A stretch of 64,000 nucleotides of DNA from Kiritimatiellales bacterium (GCA_003246265.1 QKAU01000051.1:5288-69287), one strand, 5' to 3'; counted from the stretch's first letter, positions 53,760-62,650 are shown. The notes: generated by a model not told the origin, from the sequence alone. Made by a program: numbers and translations.

Positions 53760-54635
53760 ATGTTCTGGATCGTTCCCATGCTGTTCGCCGTGTGTGCCGC
53801 CCTGCTGGGCTGGGTGCTGCTCAACATCCTCCGCGAGGCGGAGTCGAGCTACGCGAGCGAGTACACGGCCGACACCGCCCGCCAGTTCGAGGATCTCTTC
53901 CTGTTCGTCTCCCCCCGGCAGATGCTTCGCATCTTCCGGACGATCGCGCTCATCGTCTTCCTCCTGCTCTTCTTCGCCACCGGCAGCGTGCAGACGACGG
54001 GAGGCCTGCTGCGCGGCGGCGTGTTCGGGGCACTCGGCGCCGTGGCGGCGCTCTCCGCCCAGCGGATCATCCTGCGCATCATGAAGATCCGCCGGCTGGA
54101 GCGCTTCAACCTCCAGCTGGTCGATGCGCTGACCGGGATGAGCAACTCGCTCAAGGCGGGATTCAGCATCCAGCAGGCGTTCGAGTCGGTGGCGCGCGAG
54201 GGCACCAGCCCGATCTCGCAGGAGTTCGGCATGTTCCTGCAGCAGCTCCGCGTGGGCGTGCGCTTCGAGGAGGCGCTGGCCGACATGGAGCGGCGCGTCG
54301 GCAGCGAGGACCTGACGCTCATGGTGCAGGCGATCGAGATCGCCCGCCAGACGGGCGGCAACCTGACCGAGGTGTTCGACCGGATCGCCGACACCATCCG
54401 CGAACGGCGCCGCATCGAAGGGAAGATCAAGTCGCTGACGGCGCAGGGCCGGATCCAGGGGCGCGTGGTGGGGGCCATGCCGCTGATCCTCGGCCTGCTG
54501 CTCTACCTGCTCGATCCCGGCATGATGGTCGCCTTCTTCAGATCCTATGTCGGGATCGCCTCGCTGCTGCTCATCATCCTCATGCAGCTCTGCGGCACGC
54601 TGATCATCCGCAAGATCGTGAACATCGACGTATAG
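53760..54635 (+). CDS. tadB: TadB-like type II secretion system F-family platform protein
   Basis: T2SSF domain (LVDALTGMSNSLKAGFSIQQAF...LTLMVQAIEIARQTGGNL) flanked by TM helices. Confidence 0.85.
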   Translation: MFWIVPMLFAVCAALLGWVLLNILREAESSYASEYTADTARQFEDLFLFVSPRQMLRIFRTIALIVFLLLFFATGSVQTTGGLLRGGVFGALGAVAALSAQRIILRIMKIRRLERFNLQLVDALTGMSNSLKAGFSIQQAFESVAREGTSPISQEFGMFLQQLRVGVRFEEALADMERRVGSEDLTLMVQAIEIARQTGGNLTEVFDRIADTIRERRRIEGKIKSLTAQGRIQGRVVGAMPLILGLLLYLLDPGMMVAFFRSYVGIASLLLIILMQLCGTLIIRKIVNIDV

Positions 54636-54638
54636 GCC

Positions 54639-55568
54639 ATGGACAACGGAATCCTCATCATCAGCCTGCTCTTCCTGCTGTCGGCGACCGGCATCGCCTG
54701 GCAGGTGGTGCGCACGGCGCAGCTGGCCACCTATGTCACGCTGGCCGACGGCCGGCGGCAGGAGCGCAGCCTGCCGCTGCTGATCCGGCTGGTGCTGCCC
54801 TTCGCCTCGTTCGTCCCCCGGGCGGTCACGGAGCACCGCGTCCTGGAAGAGAGCCGCCAGCGCATTGCCCGGAGGCTCGTGGCGGGGGGGTACGAGGGGC
54901 TGCTCCAGCCGCAGGAGGTGGTCGCCCTGCGCCTGCTGATGCCGCTGGGGGTGGGGGTGCTCCTCTGCATCCTGCTCGCCTTCGCCTTCCCCCGCATGCC
55001 CCAGGGGATCGGCCGCGCACTGGCCGACCGGCAGTTCGCCATCTACTTCGCGCTGCTCGTCCTGCTGGGCTTCTATCCCGACTACTGGCTCAAGAAATCG
55101 GTCAAGCTGCGCCACAAGAGCATCGAGCGGGCCCTGCCGTTCGTGCTCGACCTGCTGACCCTCTCCGTCGAATCGGGACTCGATTTCATGACCGGCATCA
55201 GCCGCATCATCCAGAAGCGCGAGATCGATCCGCTGGGCGAGGAGCTGATCCGGGTCTTCCGCGAGATCCAGGTGGGCCGCTCGCGCCGGGAGGCGTTGCA
55301 GAACTTCGCCGAGCGCGTCGACCACGGCGACATCCGCTCCGTCTCCAATGCGCTCGTGCAGGCCGACGAGCTGGGTACGGGCATCGGCCATGCCCTGCGC
55401 ATCCAGGCCGACCAGATCCGGGTCAAGCGTTTCCAGCGCGCCGAAAAGGCGGGCAACGAGGCCCCGGTCAAGATGCTCTTCCCGCTCATCGCCTTCATTT
55501 TCCCGGCGGTCTTCCTGATCCTGCTCGGACCGGTGATCCTGCAGATGGCCGTGCGCGGAGGGTTTTAA
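54639..55568 (+). CDS. tadC: TadC-like type II secretion system F-family platform protein
   Basis: T2SSF domain (LPFVLDLLTLSVESGLDFMTGI...NALVQADELGTGIGHAL) plus TM helices. Confidence 0.85.
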   Translation: MDNGILIISLLFLLSATGIAWQVVRTAQLATYVTLADGRRQERSLPLLIRLVLPFASFVPRAVTEHRVLEESRQRIARRLVAGGYEGLLQPQEVVALRLLMPLGVGVLLCILLAFAFPRMPQGIGRALADRQFAIYFALLVLLGFYPDYWLKKSVKLRHKSIERALPFVLDLLTLSVESGLDFMTGISRIIQKREIDPLGEELIRVFREIQVGRSRREALQNFAERVDHGDIRSVSNALVQADELGTGIGHALRIQADQIRVKRFQRAEKAGNEAPVKMLFPLIAFIFPAVFLILLGPVILQMAVRGGF

Positions 55569-55588
55569 GGAAAGGGTGTCCGTTGCTG

Positions 55589-55670
55589 GTTATCGGTTCT
55601 CGGGCTGATGTGCCGGAGCCAGTAGTAGGGAATTTGAACTGGTAACAAACAACCGATAACATAGAACCGA
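55589..55670. promoter_or_regulatory. Repeat-bearing, relatively AT-rich 105-bp gap inside the otherwise tightly packed Tad-like operon
   Basis: GTTATCGGTT (55589-55598) is the exact inverted repeat of AACCGATAAC (55651-55660). AACCGA recurs at 55665-55670, 14 bp after the copy at 55651-55656. Confidence 0.3.
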
Positions 55671-55673
55671 GTT

Positions 55674-56969
55674 ATGTCTCATTTGATCATTGAACAAGGA
55701 CGCGAAGTCGGCCGCGAGATCGCCGTGCCTCCCAAGGGGATGAAGTTCGGCCGCTCGCCCGCCAACGACCTCGTGCTCGACGATCCTTCCACCATGCTCT
55801 TCCACGGCCGCTTCTTCTTCAAGAGCGACGGCACGCTCTGGGTGACCGACTTCGGGGCGGGGGACAAGACCACGGTGGGCGGGACGCCGATCGACGAATA
55901 CCAGCTCAGGATGGGCGATCTGGTGGAGGTGGGATCCACCGCCTTCCGGGTCGTCAGCACCGCCCGGGAACCCGAGGCGGCTGTGCCGTCCGCGGGCGTG
56001 ATCGACCTCGGCTTCAAGGGGGCCGCCGCGCCGGCCGCGGCGGTGGCCGGATCCCCGAAGGCCCACCCCAGAAACTCGCTGATGCACCGGCTGATGCAGA
56101 TTGCGGTCATCCTGCTCGTCCTGCTCGTGCTGGTGCTCGTGATTCCCGAAATGCTCAAGATCGCCAAGCCCGACGCCCCGGCGATCCCGCAGAAGGAGAC
56201 GCTGTCGCTGGCCTACGAGCGCGTACAGGCCGACACCGCCAACATCTTCCGCTACTTCCTGACGCTCGACCAGAAGGGCATGCTGGAGATCTCCATCTTC
56301 GACCTCAAGGGAAACCGGCGCTTCAACAACAGCAAGCCGCTGGCCGAACCCCTGATGCTGCAGCTTTCGGCCAGCATCAAGGATACGGGCTTCTTCGGGG
56401 TTGGATCGGACTATGCCGGCCAGTCGGAGGGTCGCTACGATCTCTACGACATCACCGTGCAGCGCAACCGGGGCTTCCACCACATCAAGGTGCTCAACTA
56501 CTCGCCCGTGCCGTCCGAGATCAAGCAGACAGCCAAGCTGCTCGAGGATTTCGCGTTCAGCGAACTGGACGTGCCGATGACCTTCAAGTGGCCGGAGGCG
56601 GACCTGATCCGTTTCGCGGAGGAGGCCTTCGACCGGGCGGAAGCCCGCTTTGCCGAACGCGATGTCCGCTATGGCAACCTGGCCGAGGCCATCCAGCACT
56701 ACAAGGAGGCCATGCTCTACCTGGAGACCTTGGACTCGAAGCCGGAGCTCTTCAAAAAGGCCACCGAAGGCTTCCAGAAGGCGAAGGCGGAGCAGGACCG
56801 GCGGTACGAAGAGTTCGTTTTCCGCGCCGACAAGGCGCGCAAGCTGGAGAGCTGGCAGGAGGCCGTCAAATACTACCGCATCCTGGCCGAACTCATTCCC
56901 GACCGCTCCGACGAGCGGTACGAGCAGATCCGCAGCAATTTGCTGAGTGCTGAACAGCGTATCCGATAG
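55674..56969 (+). CDS. FHA-domain / single-TM / TPR-like protein
   Basis: FHA region MKFGRSPANDLVLDDPSTMLFHGRFFF...VTDFGAGDKTTVGGTPI...VEVGSTAFRV. TM segment LMQIAVILLVLLVLVLVI. Helical-repeat C-terminus (YGNLAEAIQHYKEAMLYLE...WQEAVKYYRILAEL). Confidence 0.75.
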   Translation: MSHLIIEQGREVGREIAVPPKGMKFGRSPANDLVLDDPSTMLFHGRFFFKSDGTLWVTDFGAGDKTTVGGTPIDEYQLRMGDLVEVGSTAFRVVSTAREPEAAVPSAGVIDLGFKGAAAPAAAVAGSPKAHPRNSLMHRLMQIAVILLVLLVLVLVIPEMLKIAKPDAPAIPQKETLSLAYERVQADTANIFRYFLTLDQKGMLEISIFDLKGNRRFNNSKPLAEPLMLQLSASIKDTGFFGVGSDYAGQSEGRYDLYDITVQRNRGFHHIKVLNYSPVPSEIKQTAKLLEDFAFSELDVPMTFKWPEADLIRFAEEAFDRAEARFAERDVRYGNLAEAIQHYKEAMLYLETLDSKPELFKKATEGFQKAKAEQDRRYEEFVFRADKARKLESWQEAVKYYRILAELIPDRSDERYEQIRSNLLSAEQRIR

Positions 56970-56977
56970 GGCATCCC

Positions 56978-58366
56978 ATGAAACTCCATCCCAGGCTTCT
57001 TCTCCTTTGCACGGCGGCCCTGCTGCTGGCCGGTTGCGAAATCGACATCCAGGCCGGCAAGGGCAGCGTATCGATCAAGTCCAGCCCCGACCGCGTCGAT
57101 GTGCTGGTCAACGGCACGCCGCAGGGCACGACGCCGGCCGTGATCAACGGCCTCGCGGCGGGCGACTATCTGGTCGAGCTGCGCAAGGAGGGCTACGAAC
57201 CCGCCTACAAGAGCATCAGCCTGCTCGAAGGGCAGCAGATGGATCTCGACCTCCAGATGAAAAAAACCACCGGCCTGCTGCTGGTCGACTCCAATCCGCA
57301 GGGGGCGGATGTCCTGGTCAATGGCATCTCGAAGGGCAACACGCCCCTGCTGGTCACCGATCTGCCGCTGGGCAGCTACACGCTGGAATTCCGTTCCGCC
57401 ACGCAGCTGCCGCGCACCATGGAGGCCGAGCTGGTCGACCGGACGCCCGTCCACGTCCTGGCCGAACTCATCTCCAACACCGCGCAGCTGACCGTCACCT
57501 CGGAGCCCGACGGGGCCGAGGTGCGCCTCAACGGAGTCCTGCAGGGCACGACGCCGGTCACGCTCGACGAGGTCATCGCCGGCGAATCCGACCTCAAGGT
57601 GTCGAGGCGCGGCTACAAGCCCTTCATCCAGCGCATGGTGTTCGAGGCGACCAAGCCCTACGAGGTGCATGCGCAGCTCGAGGGACTCCCTTCGGGACTG
57701 ACCGTCATCACCACGCCCGAAGGCGCCCGCATCCTGATCGATAACAAGCCTGTCGGCGAGTCCCCCGTCACCGTTTCCGACCTCGCCGATGGGGCGCATA
57801 CCGTCACGGCTTCGCTCGATGGCTACGCAACCGCCACCCGCACCATCAACCTGGAACCCGACATCAACGACAGCGTCGATTTCAGCCTCGTCAAGAATAG
57901 CGGCACGCTGGTGATCGATACCGAGCCGGCCAACGTCCAGATCTACGTCGACGGCAAGCTGCTGACGACCACCCAGCCGAAGGGCGGATCCGATACGATC
58001 TCCCAGCCGGTCCGCATCACCCTCAGGTCGGATGTGGAGCACACCATCCAGCTGGTGCGCGAGGGGTTTGTCTCGCAGACCGCCCGCGTGCAGACGGAGG
58101 TCGACCAGGTGGTGGCGCGCCACGAGGTGCTCAAGCGGATCTTCGTCTACGACACCAAGATCGTGACCGACAGCGAGATCATCAAGTGCCGGATCGAATA
58201 CCGGCTGCCCAACGGGAACATCTACTACGAACGCTATCCTGGCGTCTTCGATACCGCCAAGGCCGCCGACATCCGCGATGTCCAGCCCATTTCCCTGGAC
58301 GACGAAAGCAACCGCGAGGCGCGGCGGCTGATCGACCTCAACAAGCAGGCCGTTCCGCAGCAGTAG
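56978..58366 (+). CDS. Lipoprotein with five PEGA domains
   Basis: Lipobox LLLAGC. Repeats are of the form S.P.GA.V..NG...G.TP......L..G.Y.......GY. Confidence 0.8.
   Translation: MKLHPRLLLLCTAALLLAGCEIDIQAGKGSVSIKSSPDRVDVLVNGTPQGTTPAVINGLAAGDYLVELRKEGYEPAYKSISLLEGQQMDLDLQMKKTTGLLLVDSNPQGADVLVNGISKGNTPLLVTDLPLGSYTLEFRSATQLPRTMEAELVDRTPVHVLAELISNTAQLTVTSEPDGAEVRLNGVLQGTTPVTLDEVIAGESDLKVSRRGYKPFIQRMVFEATKPYEVHAQLEGLPSGLTVITTPEGARILIDNKPVGESPVTVSDLADGAHTVTASLDGYATATRTINLEPDINDSVDFSLVKNSGTLVIDTEPANVQIYVDGKLLTTTQPKGGSDTISQPVRITLRSDVEHTIQLVREGFVSQTARVQTEVDQVVARHEVLKRIFVYDTKIVTDSEIIKCRIEYRLPNGNIYYERYPGVFDTAKAADIRDVQPISLDDESNREARRLIDLNKQAVPQQ
57065..58115 (+). repeat. Five tandem PEGA-domain coding repeats (about 65-70 aa each)
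   Basis: The repeats begin SVSIKSSPDRVDVLVNGTPQGTTP, LLLVDSNPQGADVLVNGISKGNTP, LTVTSEPDGAEVRLNGVLQGTTP, LTVITTPEGARILIDNKPVGESP and LVIDTEPANVQIYVDGKLL. Confidence 0.6.
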
Positions 58367-58369
58367 GCG

Positions 58370-58711
58370 CTATTCCAGCGCGAGCTGGCGGCCGGGTTCG
58401 ACGGCGGCCAGCCCGCCCGCCGCGGTTTCCAGCACGCAACGGGTTCCGCGCGGCGCCACCGCGATACGCCATGGGCGCAGATGGCGCACGACCCGGAGCA
58501 CGCGCAGGTCGGCGTCGAGGAAGGCGGCATCGATCGGGAAGCGCATGAACCACATGTGGATGCTCCTGCACGGACGCAGCAGCATGCCCGCGCCGTCCGG
58601 CAGCGACGCGCGGCCCAGCAGGCCGCGCAGCCGTGCATGGAAACGTTCTGCGACCTCCACCGCCCCCACCAGGGGGATGCCGTCCCCGTCCCTGATCAAA
58701 ATGCGTGACAT
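58370..58711 (-). CDS. DUF192-domain protein
   Basis: ERFHARLRGLLGR...GMLLRPCRSIHMWFMRFPIDAAFLD...V is the DUF192 pattern (RGLMgR...GMLF...IHM.FM.FPIDv.Fld). ATG 58711 (the listed 58720 is TTG). It is convergent with the PEGA gene, 3 nt apart. Confidence 0.75.
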   Translation of the reverse strand: MSRILIRDGDGIPLVGAVEVAERFHARLRGLLGRASLPDGAGMLLRPCRSIHMWFMRFPIDAAFLDADLRVLRVVRHLRPWRIAVAPRGTRCVLETAAGGLAAVEPGRQLALE

Positions 58712-58780
58712 GGATGGCAAAATCCTAAATCCTGACCCCCGGTATCAAGTATCAAGTTGCACGGATCGGGATCCATCCAT

Positions 58781-59662
58781 ATGGCGCTGAAGAGCATGAC
58801 AGGGTTTGGCGAAGGCACGGCGAAGGCCGGCGGAATCTGCGTGACGGTGGAGCTCAGTTCGGTCAACCGCAAGCAGCTTGATGTCAACATCTCGCTTCCG
58901 CGCAACCTGGCCACGCTCGACGCCCAGGTGCAGAACCGCATCCGCCAAGCCTTCACGCGCGGCCGCGTCTCCGGCGTGGTGCGGATCGATGCCGTGAACG
59001 GGTCGGCGGGCACGGTGCGGTTCGATGCCGAGCTGGCGGCACAATACGTCGTGCGCCTCCGCTCCATGGCGGCGAAGCTCAAGCTGCCCGACGACCTCGG
59101 TGCCGACACCCTTGCGCGCCTGCCGGGCGTACTGGGGCTCGAGCAGGCCGATCTCGACGCCGCCCAGGTGTCCGAAGTGCTTTCCAAGTCCCTGGAAACG
59201 GCATTGCGCGGCCTCGCCCGCATGCGGCTGGCCGAGGGCAGGGTGCTCGAGCGGGACCTGCGCATGCGCATCGGACTGCTCGAAGAGGACGTAAACGCCA
59301 TCCGCAAGCTGGCGCCCGGCGTGGCGGCGAGCTACCGCGACAACCTGGTCAGGCGGCTGGGCGAGGCGGGCTTGGCGGATCTGGCCTCCGACGAGCGGAT
59401 CGTCAAGGAGATCGCGCTCTTCGCCGACCGGTGCGACATCAGCGAGGAACTGACCCGGCTGGAGAGCCATCTGGAACAGGCCCGCGAGCTGCTGCGCTCG
59501 CCCGAGCCGGTGGGCCGCACGCTCGACTTCCTGTGCCAGGAACTGTTCCGCGAGATCAACACCGCCGGTTCGAAGGCCGGCGAGGTGGAAATCACGCGGC
59601 ATGTGCTGGCGTTCAAGACCGAACTCGAGCGCATCCGCGAACAGGTCCAGAACATCGAATAG
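58781..59662 (+). CDS. yicC: YicC-family stress-induced protein
   Basis: MALKSMTGFG...VELSSVNRKQLDV...C-terminal DISEELTRLESHL...GRTLDFLCQELFREINTAGSKA. Confidence 0.85.
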   Translation: MALKSMTGFGEGTAKAGGICVTVELSSVNRKQLDVNISLPRNLATLDAQVQNRIRQAFTRGRVSGVVRIDAVNGSAGTVRFDAELAAQYVVRLRSMAAKLKLPDDLGADTLARLPGVLGLEQADLDAAQVSEVLSKSLETALRGLARMRLAEGRVLERDLRMRIGLLEEDVNAIRKLAPGVAASYRDNLVRRLGEAGLADLASDERIVKEIALFADRCDISEELTRLESHLEQARELLRSPEPVGRTLDFLCQELFREINTAGSKAGEVEITRHVLAFKTELERIREQVQNIE

Positions 59663-59671
59663 CGGGGGCGA

Positions 59672-60319
59672 ATGGATACGGAACGGCATGCACTGATCGA
59701 GGAATACCCCGCCGAGCCGCGCCCTTCGCGGCCGCTCATGATCGTCGTCTCCGCGCCCTCCGGCGCGGGCAAGAGCACGCTCTGCAACCGGCTGGTGGCC
59801 GAGTTCCCCGCCATCGCCTACTCCGTTTCGTGCACCACGCGCGCGCCGCGCGGCGAGGAGCGCGACGGCGTCGACTACTATTTCCTGACGAAGAAGGAGT
59901 TCAGGGAACGCATCCGGCAGGGCGAATTCCTCGAATACGCCAAGGTGCACGGCAACTTCTACGGCACGCTCGAGGACACCGTGCTGTTCGCCATGGAATC
60001 GGGCCGGCATGTCCTGCTCGACATCGATGTGCAGGGGGCCCGGCAGCTCCGCGAATCGCTGGCGCGCCTCGAGCCGCGCCACCCGATCCGCCGCGGCTTC
60101 ATGGACATCTTCATCGAGCCCCCCTCGCTCCAGGAGCTCGAACGGCGCCTGCGCGGGCGCGGCACCGACGAAGAAAAGGTGATCCGCCGTCGGCTCGAGA
60201 ACGCGCAGGTCGAAATGGAGGCCGCGAAGGACTATCGCTTCCGCCTCGTCAACGACGAGATCGAACAGGCCTACCGGGAGCTCAAGGCGATTGTTCTGGA
60301 TGCGATGGGGCTGGGCTGA
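59672..60319 (+). CDS. gmk: Guanylate kinase
   Basis: P-loop VSAPSGAGKST, SCTTRAPRGEE.DGVDYYF and EYAKVHGNFYGT. Confidence 0.9.
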   Translation: MDTERHALIEEYPAEPRPSRPLMIVVSAPSGAGKSTLCNRLVAEFPAIAYSVSCTTRAPRGEERDGVDYYFLTKKEFRERIRQGEFLEYAKVHGNFYGTLEDTVLFAMESGRHVLLDIDVQGARQLRESLARLEPRHPIRRGFMDIFIEPPSLQELERRLRGRGTDEEKVIRRRLENAQVEMEAAKDYRFRLVNDEIEQAYRELKAIVLDAMGLG

Positions 60320-62564
60320 GGTTGCGCGGGGCCATCCGGCCCGGCGTGATGCCGATCACCTGGCGGAACTCGATCGGTTCGGCGGCGAGCACGAAGGCGA
60401 TCGAAGGCATTTCGCGCGTGGCTTCCATCAGGTTTCCGTAGTAGCGCCCGTACTCCGCGTCCGTCTCCGCATTTTCGGGCGGCCGCATTCCCATCAGCAC
60501 CAGGCCGGCCTTGGTGGACGATTGGCGGATGATATCGTAGAAGCTGGGCATGACCTTGACCAGCACGTCGGGGCGCGCAGGGATGCGCTGCTCGTCGATG
60601 AACCGGGCGAGGCGGTCGAGCGCGGCGAGGCGTTCGTCCTCGTTGGCCACGATGGTCTTGAGGACCAGCGTGGACTCCTTCCAAACGGTGCTCTTCTGGA
60701 TCTGGTAGGCGAGGGTGAGCATGAGTCCGATGTTGTTCTCGTTCCCGCCCCACCACACGTGGAGCTCGTCGGAATCCTCGGGGGTGTCGCGGTCGGAATC
60801 GCGCAGCATGATGAGGTTGCGCCGGGTGCGGTAGACGAGGCGGATGAGCTCGGCGAAGCCGGTGAAGTTGTCGGGATTCCCGGTATCGCCCAGCAGGATG
60901 GTGTTGGGGGTGAGCGGGCCGTAGCCGTAGGCGCGGACCAGGGCGCGGGCGCCGGAGAGAACGTCGGGCGAGGGGAAGATCTTCACCATGGCGTCGACCT
61001 CGCGCTTTTCGAGGTAGTCGCGGATCGAGCTTTCCGTGGCCTCGACCTTTTCGGCCGACCACTCCTCCACGGGCAGGACGCTCGCCACGGTCAGTTCGCT
61101 GCTGTGGCGGGTCAGCGCATGGGCCAGCTCCACCAGGTGCCAGCGCGACTTCGGCGATCCGCTCAGTGCGAGGATGCTCGGCCGCCAGGTGCGCTCATCG
61201 GGTTTGAGCTTGTTGAGGCGATGGATGGCGAAGCGCACCAGCAGGGTCAGCAGGCCGTAGCGCATGTCGGCCCAGTGGGCGTTGAGGCGGCGGCGCTTGA
61301 CAAGGTAGAAAACCAGCGCGGTCACCAGCATGGCGAGGATGGTCGCGCCGGCGTTGATCATCAGCATCGCGGTGAAGCAGAAGGCGGCGCCGAGCAGCGA
61401 GACGCCGAAGTGGACCTTGAACTTGGGGCGCCATGCCGGGCTCTCGATCAGGCCTTCGAGGCCGGCCGAGAGGTTGAGCAGGCCGTAGGAGAGCAGGAAG
61501 AACATGGAGAGGATCGGGGCGATCAGGTTCAGGTCGCCGAGCAGGATCGCGGCCAGGGCCACCACGAAGGAGAGCGCGGTGGCGATGCGCGGGTCGGCCT
61601 TCTCCTTGCCGAAGCCCTTGCCGATGAAGGCGGGTATGATGCGGTCCACCGCCAGCGCCTGGAGGGTGCGGGGCGCGCCGAGGAGCGAGCCGAGGGCGCT
61701 GGAGAGCGACGCGGCGAAGACGCCGACCGTGATCAGGAAGCCCCAGCGCGCAACGGTGGAAAGGATGTTGGCGTCGACCAGCAGCAGGTCCGGGTCGTGG
61801 ACGCGGGCGTTGAGGAAGATCGGCATGGCCATGTAGACGATGTAGCCGGTGGCGATGGCCAGGAGCGTGCCAAGGGGAAGGGATTTGCCCGGATCCTTCA
61901 GGTCGCCCGACAATCCGAGTCCCGCCTCGATGCCGGTTACCGCCGGGAAGAAGACGGCGAAGACCACCCAGAAGCTGGCCCGCGGCGGAACGAGCGCATC
62001 CGCTGGAAGCATCAGCGCCTCGGCGGAAGGGTGGCCGATAAAGAGCGACACCAGCGAGGCGGCGATCGCCGCGAAGATGCCGAACTGCACCTTCAGCGCC
62101 AGGTCGGCCGAGATGTAGGCCAGCACCGTCAGCAGCACCAGGGTGGCGGAGGAGATGAGTTTCGATGCCAGCGCCGGGTCCATGCCGGGGAAGGGATGGT
62201 AGGCCGCAAGGAACGCCTCGGTGAAGCCGGCGATGTAGAACGCCACGCCGATCGCCCGCGCAAAGAAGAGCGGCAGGCCGATCGCGGCGCCCGCCTCGAC
62301 CCCAAGCGAGCGGGAGATGATGTAGTAGGCGCCGCCCACACCCACCTTCATGTTGGTCGCCATGGCCGAGATCGAAAGCCCGGTGAGGAAGGTGATCGAG
62401 GTGGCCATCGTCACGATCAGCAGCGTTCCGGCGAGGCCGACGTTGCCGAGCACCCAGCCGAAGCGCAGGTACATGATCACGCCGAAGATCGTCAGCACGC
62501 TCGGCGTGTAGACGCCCTTGAAGGTGCCGAACGAGTAGCCCTGCTTCACCGCCTGGTCATCCAT
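60282..62564 (-). CDS. APC-superfamily permease of the cation-chloride cotransporter (SLC12)-like type with a large cytoplasmic C-terminal domain
   Basis: GTFKGVYTPSVLTIFGVIMYLRFGWVLGNVGL...GGAYYIISRSLG. There are 12 or so TM segments, then about 300 soluble residues. The 3' end overlaps gmk by 38 nt (convergent). Confidence 0.7.
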   Translation of the reverse strand: MDDQAVKQGYSFGTFKGVYTPSVLTIFGVIMYLRFGWVLGNVGLAGTLLIVTMATSITFLTGLSISAMATNMKVGVGGAYYIISRSLGVEAGAAIGLPLFFARAIGVAFYIAGFTEAFLAAYHPFPGMDPALASKLISSATLVLLTVLAYISADLALKVQFGIFAAIAASLVSLFIGHPSAEALMLPADALVPPRASFWVVFAVFFPAVTGIEAGLGLSGDLKDPGKSLPLGTLLAIATGYIVYMAMPIFLNARVHDPDLLLVDANILSTVARWGFLITVGVFAASLSSALGSLLGAPRTLQALAVDRIIPAFIGKGFGKEKADPRIATALSFVVALAAILLGDLNLIAPILSMFFLLSYGLLNLSAGLEGLIESPAWRPKFKVHFGVSLLGAAFCFTAMLMINAGATILAMLVTALVFYLVKRRRLNAHWADMRYGLLTLLVRFAIHRLNKLKPDERTWRPSILALSGSPKSRWHLVELAHALTRHSSELTVASVLPVEEWSAEKVEATESSIRDYLEKREVDAMVKIFPSPDVLSGARALVRAYGYGPLTPNTILLGDTGNPDNFTGFAELIRLVYRTRRNLIMLRDSDRDTPEDSDELHVWWGGNENNIGLMLTLAYQIQKSTVWKESTLVLKTIVANEDERLAALDRLARFIDEQRIPARPDVLVKVMPSFYDIIRQSSTKAGLVLMGMRPPENAETDAEYGRYYGNLMEATREMPSIAFVLAAEPIEFRQVIGITPGRMAPRNLSPAPSHPEQSP

Positions 62565-62580
62565 GACGTTCCTTTCCTTG

Positions 62581-62608
62581 GCGCCCGACTCTCCCAGAGT
62601 CGGGGCGC
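62581..62608 (-). terminator. 12-bp (one bulge) GC-rich stem-loop between the RND gene and the permease gene
   Basis: GCGCCCGACTCT-CCC-AGAGTCGGGGCGC. No U-tract, so it could be a terminator or a 5'-UTR structure. Confidence 0.35.
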
Positions 62609-62650
62609 AAAGGGAAGCCGATATGCGCCCGCCCGGACCTCCGTGCCCGC

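Noticed and set aside
50349-55391. 1680-aa ORF on the minus strand spanning most of the Tad-like operon
   Set aside because: It is exactly codon-antisense to five consecutive plus-strand genes (starts 50544, 51297, 52101, 53760, 54639) that all share one reading frame. An antisense stop would need sense codons TTA, CTA or TCA, which this GC-rich genome avoids. The product is Arg/Gly/Ala/Asp/His-rich with no recognisable domains, whereas the plus-strand genes have clear motifs.
60282-60319. 38-nt convergent overlap of gmk and the SLC12-like permease, as a possible annotation error or regulatory antisense overlap
   Set aside because: Both frames stay open and protein-like up to their stops, and the permease tail (..RNLSPAPSHPEQSP) is low-complexity. 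With no evidence either way it is not raised as a finding.
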